Part shown: one piece after another, positions 39,141-50,417 of the stretch
Layout: each line of letters starts with the position of its first letter
Position numbering within the stretch: the first letter of the stretch is position 1
Notes under the pieces: generated by a model
Database searches by the model: none
The model's input: the letters and a program-made list of their open reading frames with translations, nothing else
What the model was told of the DNA's origin: nothing
Position numbers and translations under genes: made by a program
NCBI GenBank assembly: GCA_001949185.1
Contig: BDGG01000004.1
Span: 2,443,620 to 2,507,619 of the forward strand
Reading direction: 5' to 3'
DNA: 64,000 nt
Source: Ramazzottius varieornatus
Taxonomy: Eukaryota > Animalia > Tardigrada

Positions 39141-41051
39141 TCAGATCCGAAAGGAACCTGCCGGTGATCGCCGTCCTCTTCTGTTTACAACTAGAAAATA
39201 ATATGGACAAAGAACGAACACGCCAGCGCCGTCTGGTGACGGTAATTCCCGCCTGCAACCATGAAATCAAACTTTATATGCATATACTTGTTTTTCCGGA
39301 ACATGAAGTGAACCAGCAAACTACCCACCAAGGTTGGAAGATTCTGATGGTGACTCCTGGTTGTACATCAGACTGGCGTGCTTCAGCAGCTGGCAGAAAC
39401 ACCTGCACTTCCGGCTCAGTGACCGCCGTAGACACTGTCCCACTCGTCAGCACGCTACCAGAGGGTACAGTGCTCGTGATGGTTCGCTTCTTTAGCACAA
39501 GACCTCGGACACACGCAAGTGAACACTCGGGAGGGTCTATGCTAAGAACCTTCAACGTCAAAGAGGTCGCCTGCGATGACGACGACGGAGCACCTCCCGT
39601 AGATGGCAGAACGGAAAGCGAATGATTATGCTTCCAGAAGCCCCGATCAGCTTGCTCACGAGTGGCGATCTTCGTTAGCCGGGCTGCCAAGCCATCTCTG
39701 GAAAAACCCGTAGAAACTCTATGAACGGATTTCTCATCGAACAACCATTGAGAAGTCACATACCGTAAGAACTTCGGTGGTTTCACCTTGGGAGGCGGAG
39801 GTGTTCCGGGATTGAAAAGAGGCCTAAAGCTGGTAGCAGGAGGCTCACTGGTAGCCATATCGTAGTCCCATCCCGTCGCACGAGGAGGGCCCATCAGTAC
39901 ATCCGGTGAGTCCTCCTCCAGTTCGGAAGTTATGACGGTTTCCTTCACATCATCTTTTCCATGCGAACTGCTCCCTTCTTCTATCAGCAGCGAAGTATCG
40001 AGATCGATTTCGACCTTCACTTCATCCTCGGAAGTTCTCTTGCCTTTCGACGCACTGCTGGGTAGGTCATCGTCATCTTCTATCAACTGTTGTTTGACGA
40101 AGCGCTTCTTGTAAGCGACTACAGGTGACGACGTTTCATCGTCATCACAGCACAGCTCTGGAGTCTTCGGTTCGGATGCTGATTCGACAGCAGCAGAACT
40201 TGTGTAAATCGAACGTTTGACTGGAATGATTGAACCTGAATCCATGAACGGATTGTCTTTTTGAGTGTTCACAGACGTGAAAGGGGGCCGCGTCTGCGGA
40301 AGGGTCGAAGAGATTGCGCTGACTCTTGATGTGTCGAGCCGCTTCTTAGTTCGTTGGACGTCCGACATCGGATCATCTTCCTGCGACGTATCTGAGTCGT
40401 CAATCACAGGCCTTCAAAGGTGAAACGTTGACAGGGGTTTTCAACAAAGCGCTCGACAAGTACATTTCGTAGATACATAGTAGTTCTTACGGAGCGTCTT
40501 TCACAATCCTACGGTTTTTCTGCTCACTTTGAGGTGGCTTATGTGGCCGATCTTCAGCCGTGACTGTTTCACTTCCGCCGGTGCTTGGAGTGTTGATGCA
40601 AATGGACACAGGCTTCCGAGCGACAGGGCGCGTAGGGAATGGTAAGTTCTTGAAGCCTCGCATGCTGGATAGTGCATGGGTCAGTTGATGATAGTCTGTA
40701 ATCAGATCCCATCATCTGCAGTCGTGATCTCCGTGTCTTGCTCCACACGACAGTCTGTACAAACTGCAGCCCCAACTTACCTTCACGTGGAACTATCGGC
40801 TCTCCACTGTCAGCACAAGCAAACAAATTCGAACTGGAACCAGCGTGATCCAGCTAGTGTGAGCTGCAGCAGCCGCCGAGCGAAGAAATGAAGATGGAGA
40901 AGACGAGATTCCACAAAACCACAACAATAACGTTATCGGCTATTCCCTCAAATACTGTAATCAACTGAAACGAGCGGACAGCAACAGGTATGCGTTCGAC
41001 CTGTTCGCATTGTTCCTCATTATTTTTTCGCAATCTCCGAATCGAATTCAT
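39141..41051 (-). CDS. SPIDR: SPIDR-like DNA-repair scaffold (disordered N-terminus plus DUF4502 OB-like region), multi-exon; 5' exons approximate
   Basis: RDGLAARLTKIATREQADRGFWKH..LTLKVL..VQVFL..QPGVTIRIFQPWRELPSP..VLCPYYF resembles, from memory, human SPIDR RGGLAERLNGLQNRERSAISLWRH..LTVKIL..LKVLF..DTVRIFPPWQKL..VILNTYF. Confidence 0.7.
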
Positions 41052-41269
41052 TGTAAAGGGACTTCGACTTTTTGAACTCAAGGAAGCCGATTGTCCAAAA
41101 ATCCCAGATGACTATCACGGCTTTCATTTGATCGTGCTTCGGATCCCGTGAACTCTTGGAGCACGATACCCATACATTCGCCAGCAATCCTTTCCTCCTG
41201 TCAGTAGGCTACTGAGACAGATTCGCCGGAAGTCTTCGCTGCCTGATCATTGTATCCGTCTGCTCGGAG
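41052..41269. promoter_or_regulatory. Probable bidirectional promoter SPIDR-like/EEF2KMT
   Basis: Divergent ATGs are only 218 bp apart. Confidence 0.6.
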
Positions 41270-42929
41270 ATGTCAATCGACGAATGTTATCCGGAAACTC
41301 AAGGAACAGCCCAACATTCTGATCAGAACAATCCGCAAAAGGAACTTCTCGAGAGATATTTTGCCATGGCGCCTGTCAGACAGTCTTGTGTCGCACTGCA
41401 GGACGCGGTAAGAGTCTGAGCCACTGCTGGTTTCTTTGTGACAAGTGACGACCGCAGGCGTTGTATGTACTTGATGAATTCTGCATTCCTCTTTTTGCTG
41501 TACTACTGTACTCTTGATTTTACAGCTGTCGAATTGGACGGCGGAAGATCTGATCAAAGAAGAAGCAGAATACGGAGCTTTCAACGGCTTCCAGTTGCAG
41601 GAGCAACTGCTGAACGCAACCGTTCTGTCGTCTCACCGACAACCAGACTTGTCGTACCGGAAGAAGTTTCTCAAAATGCTGATGGATCAGGCACCCATAG
41701 TTGAAAATAGTTTGTGGCACATGACACGATGTACAACGACTCTTCTGTTGCAGGTGGAAGCCAAAGGCTGGGAGGTTCTCGAAGAAATTTGGTGCATCTA
41801 CAGTGAGTTGTGCCGGTGTGAGACGGATGGCGGTGAGGAGGGCGGATACCGCACGTTCATCCTGGTTCGCTTATATTGTACAGTACTGTAGTTCTCCGAT
41901 TGTTGATACATCGCGACGAACGTCCCTTTGAGTGCGCTGAAAGTAACTCGGTTTCTTTCGTTGTTAGTCTGACACAATAAATGTGTCGCTCATCCATCAC
42001 CCGCTCCTCATCTCCGACGGTACCACGGGTCTCAGCACCTGGGATGCAGCGTTCCACATGGTCGAATGGATAAGTCAGCATCCAGAAATAATGAACCAGA
42101 AGTATCAGCGTTAATACTGCTTGAACCTGACTTGAATGAGCAAGCAGGCTTTTAAACACAACTATCTTTCGAATAGACGGGTGTTGGAGCTTGGTTGTGG
42201 ATCTGGTCTGACCGGGATATGTCTCTGCAAGTTAATTGCACCTGCTCAGTATGTGTTTTCGGACTGTCACAGTGGAGGTAAGTTCATGCTTTGTCGTGAC
42301 ACTGCAAACCTTGAGCTCGTACTCCAGCTCTGTTTGTTATTTCCCATGTAGTTCTCCGACAACTGACCAACAATCTCCAAATTAATCAGCTGGTTGGCAG
42401 TTCAACAGTCAAAGTGTGCGAACTGGACTGGTTGACAATGATGGAACAAGATTTTTCTCAACTATTCCCGGATGTCATCTTGGCCTGTGGTAAGTTCATT
42501 GCTGTTCGATGGAGCATCTAGTGTATAGGGACTCTTACAACATTGTCGTTATCGTTGACTCGTCCTATTGCAGATATCGCTTATGATCCTGATATTATTC
42601 AAGCGTTCTTCCGCGTACTATGCATATTCTCGAGACGTTGTGGCTCTTCCCTCAATATTTTTGTTGCTTCGAAAAATCGAAGCGCGCGTACTAGCGCTTT
42701 CTTCCATGAAACGGCTGGTACGGTTTACCTCCCGCTTTGGTTCTGTGACTGCAACCACATTGCACAGCACCACATTGCACAGCAATGAGACACCCTTGTT
42801 TTCGTTTCAGAAAGCTGCGGGTGGAAAGCAGAGCCTCAGAAGATGGACGATGCCCAGTATAAAGTTTTCCCGTCTTTTGTTTATGATAGTCAGGACTGTA
42901 TTATTTTCAACCTGGTAAGATCGCGGTAA
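41270..42929 (+). CDS. EEF2KMT: Protein-lysine N-methyltransferase EEF2KMT/FAM86A, multi-exon
   Basis: FAM86 domain ERYFAMAPV..PDLSYRKKFLKMLM..EVLEEIW..GYRTF; ISDGTTGLSTWDAA..EW; RVLELGCGSGLTG; YVFSDCH..VL; ELDW; PDVILACDIAYDP. Confidence 0.9.
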
Positions 42930-43062
42930 CTTTGTAACAACTACGAGTATTTACTGTACTTCTCCATTCGAATTTTCTCGACCAAGCGGAAAGGCACTAG
43001 TGTAGAAGATAGTTTTATCAGAAGAAAGGAACTTTTCTATAACAGAAAATTGTTCGATTCGC

Positions 43063-46000
43063 TTACTGGTCTTGCGTGGCTGCAGGCGACTGGTTTTCGT
43101 CATCTTCTCGAGGTCGATCCACTGGTGCTGTCGAACTTCCTTTCGCGCTCATGGCGATGAATTTGTACTTCACCATAGCTTTCCTAAACTTCGCTTTTCC
43201 GGAGTGACTAGGAGGCACCGGAGGATCGTCTGATGAATTCTGCACAATGAGCGTAATATTGCCTTGGTCCGTTTCCATTAGGAGGGTACTTGGTACTTCT
43301 GCGGTATCCGATTTCTCTTCGTCTTTCTGGATGGAAGGTTTTCTGAAAAACGTATGGCCAAATCGTACGTGACGACCATCAGCACGTGGAACTTTGAGGT
43401 GCGCGAACTGCCTCCTCACTATAATGTCTGGGTCGATGAAGTATTCCGGAAGCAAACTGATGACCGAGTCACTGGGCCGAATGTAGGGCGTTATCGGCTG
43501 AGATAACAAACTGGTCAGGCGCGACATCTCCACTTCCATGTGGATGAGATCTTGCTTGTACATCCGGTTCTGAGCTTCGGCTCTGTCGTATTTCTCTCTT
43601 GGATCACAGGTGGCTAGTCGTACAGTGTTGCTCTCCATCTTGAGTCCGCTACCTATCAGTATTGGATCCTTACCCATTTGCTGGGTGGCCGCGATTAGCT
43701 TTGGAACAAACAGGAAGCAGAGGGTTCCGGTTGTCGCCACAATACACAGGCTTGATGTGAGGATGTAGCGTAAGTTTTGGTCCTCCGAGATGAGCTGGTT
43801 TATGGCAAAGGCAATAGCGGAAAATATAACAACGTTGTAGATGGAAAGTCCCACCGCGTGCGAATCATTCAGGGCGGGAATCTGCAAGAACGAGCGATAT
43901 GCTGGAGTTCGTTCAACGAATGAACCTGCATACCTTGACATTACGGGTCTCCAATGTGAGAAAAATACCGGCTAGTAACATTAGCCCCTTGTAGAAGTAC
44001 ATGACTGGTAACCATATTGTTCCCATAAACTGACTGGAGCACACTTCCACGTCCCTGATGTAGACTGTATCCAGGTCGATGTGCGAATGCAGTGCGGGTA
44101 AACGCCGAAGTTGAACGTCCACGGGATCAGTCAGATACCATATCAGCTGAAAGGCGATGTCGGTGCAAAACAGCAGTGCTACGCCGGCGAGAAGCTGGTT
44201 GTCTCGCAGAAGCTGAAAAGGAGAGTTTTAGTCATGACTGATTATGCGCTGTCCCAATACTATTATGCGGTAATATGCGCGATCTAACCCTGCTTTTGAT
44301 GACTCCACGCGACGCTCTACGGAAAATTCGATGGACGCGGAATGTCTTTAGAAACAAAGAACCAAAAGCCACAGAAAATCCGCTGGATAGGAGGAATATC
44401 CGGATCTGGCAAATGGCATGCATGTGCAGATGACTTTGCGTCAGTCCATAGTCCACCCCAAACGCAATGACGGACCCGTATACCAGACAACACCCAATGG
44501 CGGTAGTGTTGTTCAGCTTTGGGCTACTCAGCTTTATGAACCTACAAAAAACCATCCGTGGGTGGGAAATATAAGGAGGATATAATACGTGGGCTCGAGC
44601 CCATAAAGCGAGACCGTACTTGTGGTTGCGGAAACGAAAATTGAAGCAGAGGAACGTCAGCGACAGGGAAATGCCGAAGCAGGAAACAATAGTCACTCCC
44701 ACGAATGTGTGTAGGTCGATGCTTTCGATCCCATGCTGGAACACATCGATAAGCACTTTGTCATAACTGAAGTTAAAGATGAGTGCAGAAGAGGAGGCTC
44801 TCAGAGAGGGGGTTAATTATACCAAGCTTTTCCTCCGGTCGACTGGAATCTTGCTTTGACCTAAACGAAACAAAATACGCTCGAGTATGACAGCGTGGAG
44901 CGTACAAAAGCTGTCAGATGTCGACCAACCTCGCCACGAGACTGAAAGGCATCTGGAGCAGTTGAAAGAAAGATAGTGGCTCTCGGCTTGATATACGGCC
45001 ACAACCCGAAACTCTTTCTCGACATATTGCCGGAATACCGAGTTCCCTACACGATCGCCTCCGACAAACGATACTGGGCCCGAGACACCCGAAAACTCCA
45101 GTCTTGAAAGGGTATGGATAAGCTTGTCAGGAACGAGGCTTGAGGCTCCTATCGATGGAAGGGAGTTTCGAACCGTATAGGCGACTGCGAAGACGGCATC
45201 GAATGCCAAGGCTTCGGACGAGTATGTGCCACTAATGGACGGATATCCAAGAAGATCCACGAAGTCTTCACGGCTCTGTGGAAAAATTCAGTAGTTTAAA
45301 CTTAGCAGAACGTACAATGGGCTCACACGCTGGTTGGCGAAAACATTTTCCGTAGAGAAAACGGGTTCTCACAATTCCGGCAGTAAATCCGGGGGTCACT
45401 TCGGAAGCGCCACCTGTCGCCACCGTCACGGACAAGTAACCTTCGATGGCCTCCTCGAGTTCCTCGTTTGAGCAGTCTGAGTTCTCTCTTTGGTCTAACC
45501 ACCAATTGCTGGGGAATGAGCCAGGAATCAGCCAAACATATCGTGGTCCATACAGTTGAATTCGATAAGCTTGGCAAAACACCTTGCGAGCAAACTGGGC
45601 GGAAAAAGCGCCGATAATGATCCGTATATCCTTCTCCTGAAATTTGGCAAGCATGACTTATCCGTGATTCGTAAATTCCTTTCTAAAGAAAAAACATGGT
45701 AATCCTTTCTGGTGTGTGTTCCTTACATGCCTTGAGAAGTGTTAGGTGATCCTTGATCTTCGACTCGCCGATGCTTCCAGTCGCTACGAACGTAATATCG
45801 TGGTGCGTCCCAAAGACACGAACCAGCTCATTCATAGCGAGCGCGTACGATTCCGTGTTTTCGTTCAGCGTACCCACATGCCTCCAGCCATGGTGCTTGA
45901 GAAAGGCAGCCCGAGCATGGTTGTGAGACTGGTCGGGAGCCACGGTGCGGAAGAAAGATGGGAACGCGCTACGATCGCTCAAAGAGGGCGAGGTGGCTCC

Positions 46001-48355
46001 AGCCGATATCTATGAAGCATAGTTATTGACATTCCAATTATTGAGCGCGAACATGGGAATGTTGGCACTTACCTGTAGCATGGACCAATACTGGGAGGCT
46101 CGGGCAATTTCGATTGCCACTTCATCGTCGGAAGGGCCAAGGATAAAGTGAAATTTTGGTCGGTTGTGCACAGCATCCAGAAATGCATGGATGGCACGAC
46201 CAGGATCGCACTACATAATAACTTAGCTACCGTAATCACGTCGATGAAGTAATGAATAGAATCCCCAGGCTCCTGCTCAGTGTGTTTTCGAAACAAATTA
46301 TCTCCTGACGTTTCATTTTCACCCGTCTACAGTGCTAGTGTGTTTGTAAAGAATTTAGCTCCTGGATAATGGCGTTTTTTCCCAGTTTATGCTAATCGCT
46401 CAAGTATCCCTGTCGGTCACGCTCCGTTAGCTGGGCGTCACGAGGCGCTAACCGTGACAAAGTTGCATCCTATATTCGTTTAATATGAATAGCACAGTGT
46501 GAGGAAGTTGGACATCTGACTGATATGGATTTTCTCCTTTGCACTGATTATATGCGGAAGAGAACCCAAACCCCCGTGCAGTAATTGATTTCAACCCGGA
46601 AGAAGTAACATCGATTATTTGAGTTTGGTTATTACCGCATCTCCGACGTTCGAATGTTAGTCTACGGAAGCGCGCAGGCAGTCGGTTCCTCCTTAGCCAT
46701 TGAGGGATAACGATCTTAGGAATCGATCAATCGCGCAGATAGATAAAACGAAAGTGGTGACTACTGTACTTTCATTAGATGGCATTTATGAAGGACCCTG
46801 TTTACTTTGCTCAATGCAGCATGTATGATTTGTATAATAAAGCAAAGCTTCCAAAGTGGAAAGAGGCACGTTTATTTGACAGTCAAGAAATATTGTGAGC
46901 CGACAACAAAAACGCCAAGGCGGCGAAGTCCTAAACCAGACAGTGCCTCGATGGTTCGACAAATATTTACTGAACTCAAAACATAACTTCCTGCTATACC
47001 ATCTTTTTCTAATTATTTCTACGATTGGAAAATTCTGGCTTCTGACTGCGCCCCCATATTGGTAATCGGTCATCGCGTCCTCAGGGCAGTACGACTGTGC
47101 GGTTGTTCCGGCTCCTCATTTTTCATCCCAGGTTTCGCTCATGATTATAATGTTTAAGGCTTAAGAATGCTCGAGGAAGAAAAGTTTATAACGTTCCTTC
47201 TCCCACGGAAAAAAATCGGTCAATCCTACCCAAAAACATCCCCCAAACAATAGTCTTGCTAACGTCACCCCCAAGTTCCCCATAGGAAACGAGATCCAGC
47301 GATCTCCTGACCGGAACCCAGACCCATGAAAAAATACGTATCAACCCTTGAACAAAAGCAACCCTAGGAAAGCTTGAACAGTCCCAGTGTCTCGAGTTAG
47401 GCTCTTGATTAAGCCTGAAGTTACACAGCCTGCTGCGGTAACACCCATCCCCTCGAGCATCGAGCCAGGAGACGGTTAGATATATCGTGTCATACACAAT
47501 GTGTGTGTTTTCGTTTGCCTTTGAGAACCTTTACTCCAAATTTCAGACTATCCATCCTTCGCCAAATCGTGGCGAACCCTTAACATATGAGAGCAATTAT
47601 AATTGTGGAAGGTGTAAGTCATAGTGTTGGATCCTTGACACTGGCGAACCGAATCAATTGACCGGAAGTACCGAGTCTCTTTCATGCTTCTTAATCTAAT
47701 TTAGAAAGACATTGATGCTTTCAAGGGCTGTTTGTAAGAATCGGATAACTGTCATCTGAGCCTAATAAATCACTGCTGGCGTGAGACGGGAGATTGCCCA
47801 TGTTTCGCGTTACGCCCGTTGTGTCATCATTCAACCAGCGACCTGCTGCCTGCTCACTGAGCCCGGGCCGGTGTCGAGAGTTCTCTGTTTTCGCGGGTTG
47901 CGGCATGACAAGAACATCGATATCTCTCATCCCTCAGTCCACAAAAAATCTATTTGCTTCAAACAAAATCTGATATTGTCTGGATGATGTAAGACGACTT
48001 ACTACACAGTACCGACGAAGTCAGAAAAATTGTTTCGCCACACGAATTCCACTGTACAGTAGCCTACCATAGTATCGTTATAGAACAACTGCAGCCGGTA
48101 TCCGGGGATTATTCCGAGTTGGTTGATCATTTGCACCGCTAACTGGGCGGCTTGAAGTTCCAGACGCCCGTTCTGCGCGAGCTCGCAAGACGAAAGTTCG
48201 AATAATCCAAAGAGATGAAGTACTTTTTCTTCGGGGAGACCAGCAGGATCCCCAGGCGTCAGCGAGGCTAATGACACTAACAAGGAGCTGACCAACAAAA
48301 AGAAAGTGTTTTTGTCCGTCCGCATCGACGACCAAGTATTGGGAGGCAGTAGCAT
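43063..48355 (-). CDS. GABA-B-R3: Metabotropic GABA-B receptor subtype 3-like class C GPCR, multi-exon
   Basis: Venus flytrap domain NDTMCDPG..SPSLSDRSAFPSFFRTVAPDQSHNHARAAF; RIIIGAFS; 7TM IKLSSPKLNNTTAIGC..KTFRVHRIF..ETRNVKIPALNDS..LFVPK; R3-type tail DPILIGSGLKMESNTVR..RAEAQNRMYK. The model requires a GC-AG intron at 45637-45730. Confidence 0.88.
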
Positions 48356-48881
48356 TCCACGGAGAGCTGTTTTCTAAGCGGCGAACCGAAAGTTTCTCTC
48401 ATGGATGAAATCGGGAAGTGCTGCCTTGAACGATCATGTAGCTCTTCAACAGGAGCCTGTTTTCAGAAACCTTTCAGAAATTAAGTATCCAATAAACCAA
48501 AATATGTTCCCGCTCGATCAACTTGTCTCATCCCAATTATCTACGCTGCCGACAAAATAATACACAACCCCATGATGGTAGAATTTCCAACGACCTTTTC
48601 ACTGCCTAAGGTGATTCTGAGTACTCGTACGCCGCAAGAAACGAAGACGAGATCATAAAAACATCTCCTTATCCAGTAAGTCTGTTACCCACGGCCATTC
48701 TGGACCCCGCATTCGATATCGGTTTGCAAAAAGGCATATCCGGGAGAGGGAAATATTCACTGTACTACTATGGGGCGCTACGCCCACTACGAGTGTGTCT
48801 GCGCCAGACTATAGCTCACTACGTCACCTTCGATCCATGCAGTACGTTACCAACGCACGACATACCAAATGCGACCCGCTT

Positions 48882-48900
48882 ACACACACACACACACACA
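48882..48900 (+). repeat. (AC)n microsatellite, about 10 units
   Basis: Sequence reads acacacacacacacacaca. Confidence 0.9.
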
Positions 48901-49425
48901 AATAATAATTCAAAGAAAGATGGTTTTTCGGGCTATAAACGAAGCGGGCCACATGTTCGATATGCCTATACCTCCGAGGCTCTGCCAAAGGAAGAACGGC
49001 AAGGAGAGAATTCCTCAGAGACCTCCGCGTCTTTCCCATCTGCTGTCCCTTTCGGTTCTGCTTTTGGCAGATGGAACCTGTCGCATCGTACTCTACAAAT
49101 CCAACATGCCCGACAGAATTGATCTTACAGAGAACTTATGTTGATTTTGTAAGCTGACGCCGTGTGAAACCACTGGCTGACAGTGACAGATGGTCCCTTG
49201 GAAGTTGCATTCAGGTCCAACTTCCCTCGAAACATTCCATCAAGGTACAGCCTGCCTGGTACCCACCACTTCAGCAAGAACATGTTCAAACGTAGGATCA
49301 GTTAACCTGCGCTGCGCTAGCAGAAAAAGCGCGAACGGTTTAAACGTCAATCTTAGCAGCGAAGTCAAACGATCTGAGAAAAACAGTAATTTGTGGTAGG
49401 CTTATGCTGCGAACAATTCTAAAAA

Positions 49426-50249
49426 AGGTGAAGGCCCCCTCTCACCACCGATCGGTTCACCTCACCACCGATTGTAATTGACACACCACCGATGGTCTCC
49501 CCTCACCAACAACATTTAAAATGTTGACACCATCCACGGCTCATCGCACCGCCACTCAGAAATATATTTCGTCTGGTAGTGACCGATACACCACCAAGAA
49601 CACTACTGGGAGAATACAACAACGAGTGGTGTGACAGAGCACTCACAGAAGTACCACAGTGTACACACTCATTTGGACAGATACAACTACTCATGAACGA
49701 CGATTTCCGGGACGATCCTGCGATCGACGTTGGGTGGTGGCTCCGGTGCCCAATGCGCCAAACACGCCACCGCATCGTCCGGTGAAACAAACGTAAAGTT
49801 GTCTTGGTAGTTTAGAGGAACTCAAGCGGCTGGGTGCCCGGGTTTACGCTTCACCTCAGTTACTCTCTTAGCGCTAAAACTCGAGATCACCCAGCTCCGC
49901 AGACTTTGCCAGAGAAAGATGCCTCTCTGGGATGGAAAAAAACATCGTAAGGCTATCACAGCATTTGGATCTGTCATTTTGTATGTTCAGAACTGACAAC
50001 GCACTTGCGTCTACAACTTTCCCGCAAACCTCCAGCTCATATCTGGACCTTCTGTAACGATAGTGATATGTACTCCACCACCGGGTGGACTAGTGGTAAA
50101 CTCGTAATTTCCTGGCTGATCTCACCACATCTCATCTAACCAAAGAATTAGTTAGAAGTGGTGAGAGGAGTCCATCGGTTGTGTGCCAATCAAAACCGGT
50201 GGTGAGGTGAACCGATCGGTGGTGTCGGTGGTGAGAGGAGCCCTCACCT
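49426..50249. mobile_element. Non-autonomous TIR DNA transposon (about 824 bp), Kolobok-like termini
   Basis: Imperfect ~85-90 bp terminal inverted repeats (49426-49508 versus 50158-50249) with internal CACCACCGA repeats. The ends are AGG...CCT, with TTAA immediately 3' (50250-50253) and degenerate AAAA at the 5' side. Confidence 0.8.
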
Positions 50250-50374
50250 TTAAAACATCTTGCGGAGCGGTAAAACTATGATTTCAAATTAATGTGCATT
50301 CGAAATAACCGAAGCTTAGCTTCCCCCGAGCTTCTGACCAGCAGGCTTCAAGTTGAAAAAGACTGGAGTTCGCA

Positions 50375-50380
50375 TTTATT
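50375..50380 (-). promoter_or_regulatory. Putative polyadenylation signal AATAAA of SMG8
   Basis: TTTATT on the + strand, about 40 nt beyond the SMG8 stop. Confidence 0.55.
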
Positions 50381-50417
50381 AAGAAATGTCTAACCTGCCG
50401 AGCAGTTTTCAACGAAC

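Noticed and set aside
49440-49510. CACCACCGA repeats as a CRISPR-like or satellite array
   Set aside because: They are sub-terminal units of a transposon TIR in a eukaryotic context, with no spacers or cas genes.
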